A DNA stretch of 37,712 bases from a virus (lineage: Duplodnaviria; Heunggongvirae; Uroviricota; Caudoviricetes), in the IMG/VR virus record IMGVR_UViG_2700989168_000004; one strand, written 5' to 3'. The notes beneath the pieces are model-generated. The model ran no database searches, was not told the origin of the DNA, and was given only the letters and a program-made list of their open reading frames with translations. Of the stretch, positions 37,295 through 37,712 are shown in pieces; the stretch's first letter is position 1; the number at the start of each line of letters is the position of its first letter. Both the position numbers and the translations under genes were made by a program.

Positions 37295-37669
37295 TTACCT
37301 CGCATTTAAGTAAACTACGTTCTCCTCTTGTGCCGTATTTGTGCCATTGCGACTTATAATCGCATCGATTTTGCTCGCGTGCTCGGTAAGATGCCCGGCT
37401 GAAAGGTGGGCGTATCTTTGAACCATTTCGAGAGTTTCCCATCCTCCCATCTCTTTAAGCGCAAGAAGAGAGACACCGGACTGAACCAGCCAGCTTGCCC
37501 AGGTATGCCTCAGGTCATGGAAGCGGAAGTTGCTAATGCCTGCCCGCTTTAACGCTCCCTTCCATGCCTTGTTGCTGTCGGTTCTCATCTTCCTTACCGC
37601 TGCTGTTTTTGTTCCGTCGCTTCGGTAGGCAGGTTTGGTGTGGACAAACACCCTGAGGTGTACTGGCAA
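37295..37669 (-). CDS. tyrosine integrase, C-terminal catalytic fragment (N-terminal part missing or frameshifted)
   Basis: Contains HxLRH ([10 protein letters not shown]) and catalytic Tyr context (RYAHL); track start is a TTG, and in-frame stops lie just upstream (37679-37681, 37697-37699). Confidence 0.55.
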   Translation of the reverse strand: MPVHLRVFVHTKPAYRSDGTKTAAVRKMRTDSNKAWKGALKRAGISNFRFHDLRHTWASWLVQSGVSLLALKEMGGWETLEMVQRYAHLSAGHLTEHASKIDAIISRNGTNTAQEENVVYLNAR

Positions 37670-37712
37670 TAGCGGACACTACCATTTGTTCTTTTTTTAA
37701 GCAGCCATCTGA

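Noticed and set aside
1-37712. CRISPR arrays, rRNA or complete tRNA genes, insertion sequences
   Set aside because: No regularly spaced short repeats, no rRNA-like sequence, no transposase ORF; the only tRNA-like sequence is the 46-bp 3' fragment, which lacks the 5' half.

Overview
The window reads as one nearly complete temperate-phage genome of the SfV / E. coli CPS-53 type, in lambdoid gene order. All calls come from reading the sequence and ORF translations by eye; no database search, fold prediction or GC calculation was run. Left to right: minus-strand early-left genes (yfdS-like partial, yfdR-like HD hydrolase, yfdQ-like, yfdP-like); a structured GC-rich spacer; an AT-rich cargo insert (144-aa and 68-aa genes); the immunity region (cI-like repressor, palindromic operators, Cro-like); replication genes with iterons inside an O-like gene; PerC-like, Dam methylase, LexA-DBD-like, RusA, KilA-N, DUF968 and Q antiterminator; a late-region moron cluster (Blc lipocalin homolog, DUF523/DUF1722-like protein, AraC-family regulator); a phage-21-type lysis cassette (pinholin, SAR endolysin, Rz/Rz1); two unknown small genes; HNH endonuclease, terminase, HK97-type head genes; a Mu-type contractile tail with a frameshifted chaperone; tail fibre and assembly protein; a minus-strand gtrA-gtrB-gtr(type) O-antigen glucosylation cassette; a 46-bp tRNA-Thr 3' core; and an integrase C-terminal fragment. 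Four runs of N interrupt the HNH, small-terminase and tail-sheath genes. The best candidates for undescribed biology are the AT-rich two-gene insert beside the repressor (about 2400-3245), the unknown gene pair between spanins and HNH (14608-15303), and the Q-to-lysis moron cluster; none of their functions can be assigned from sequence alone.
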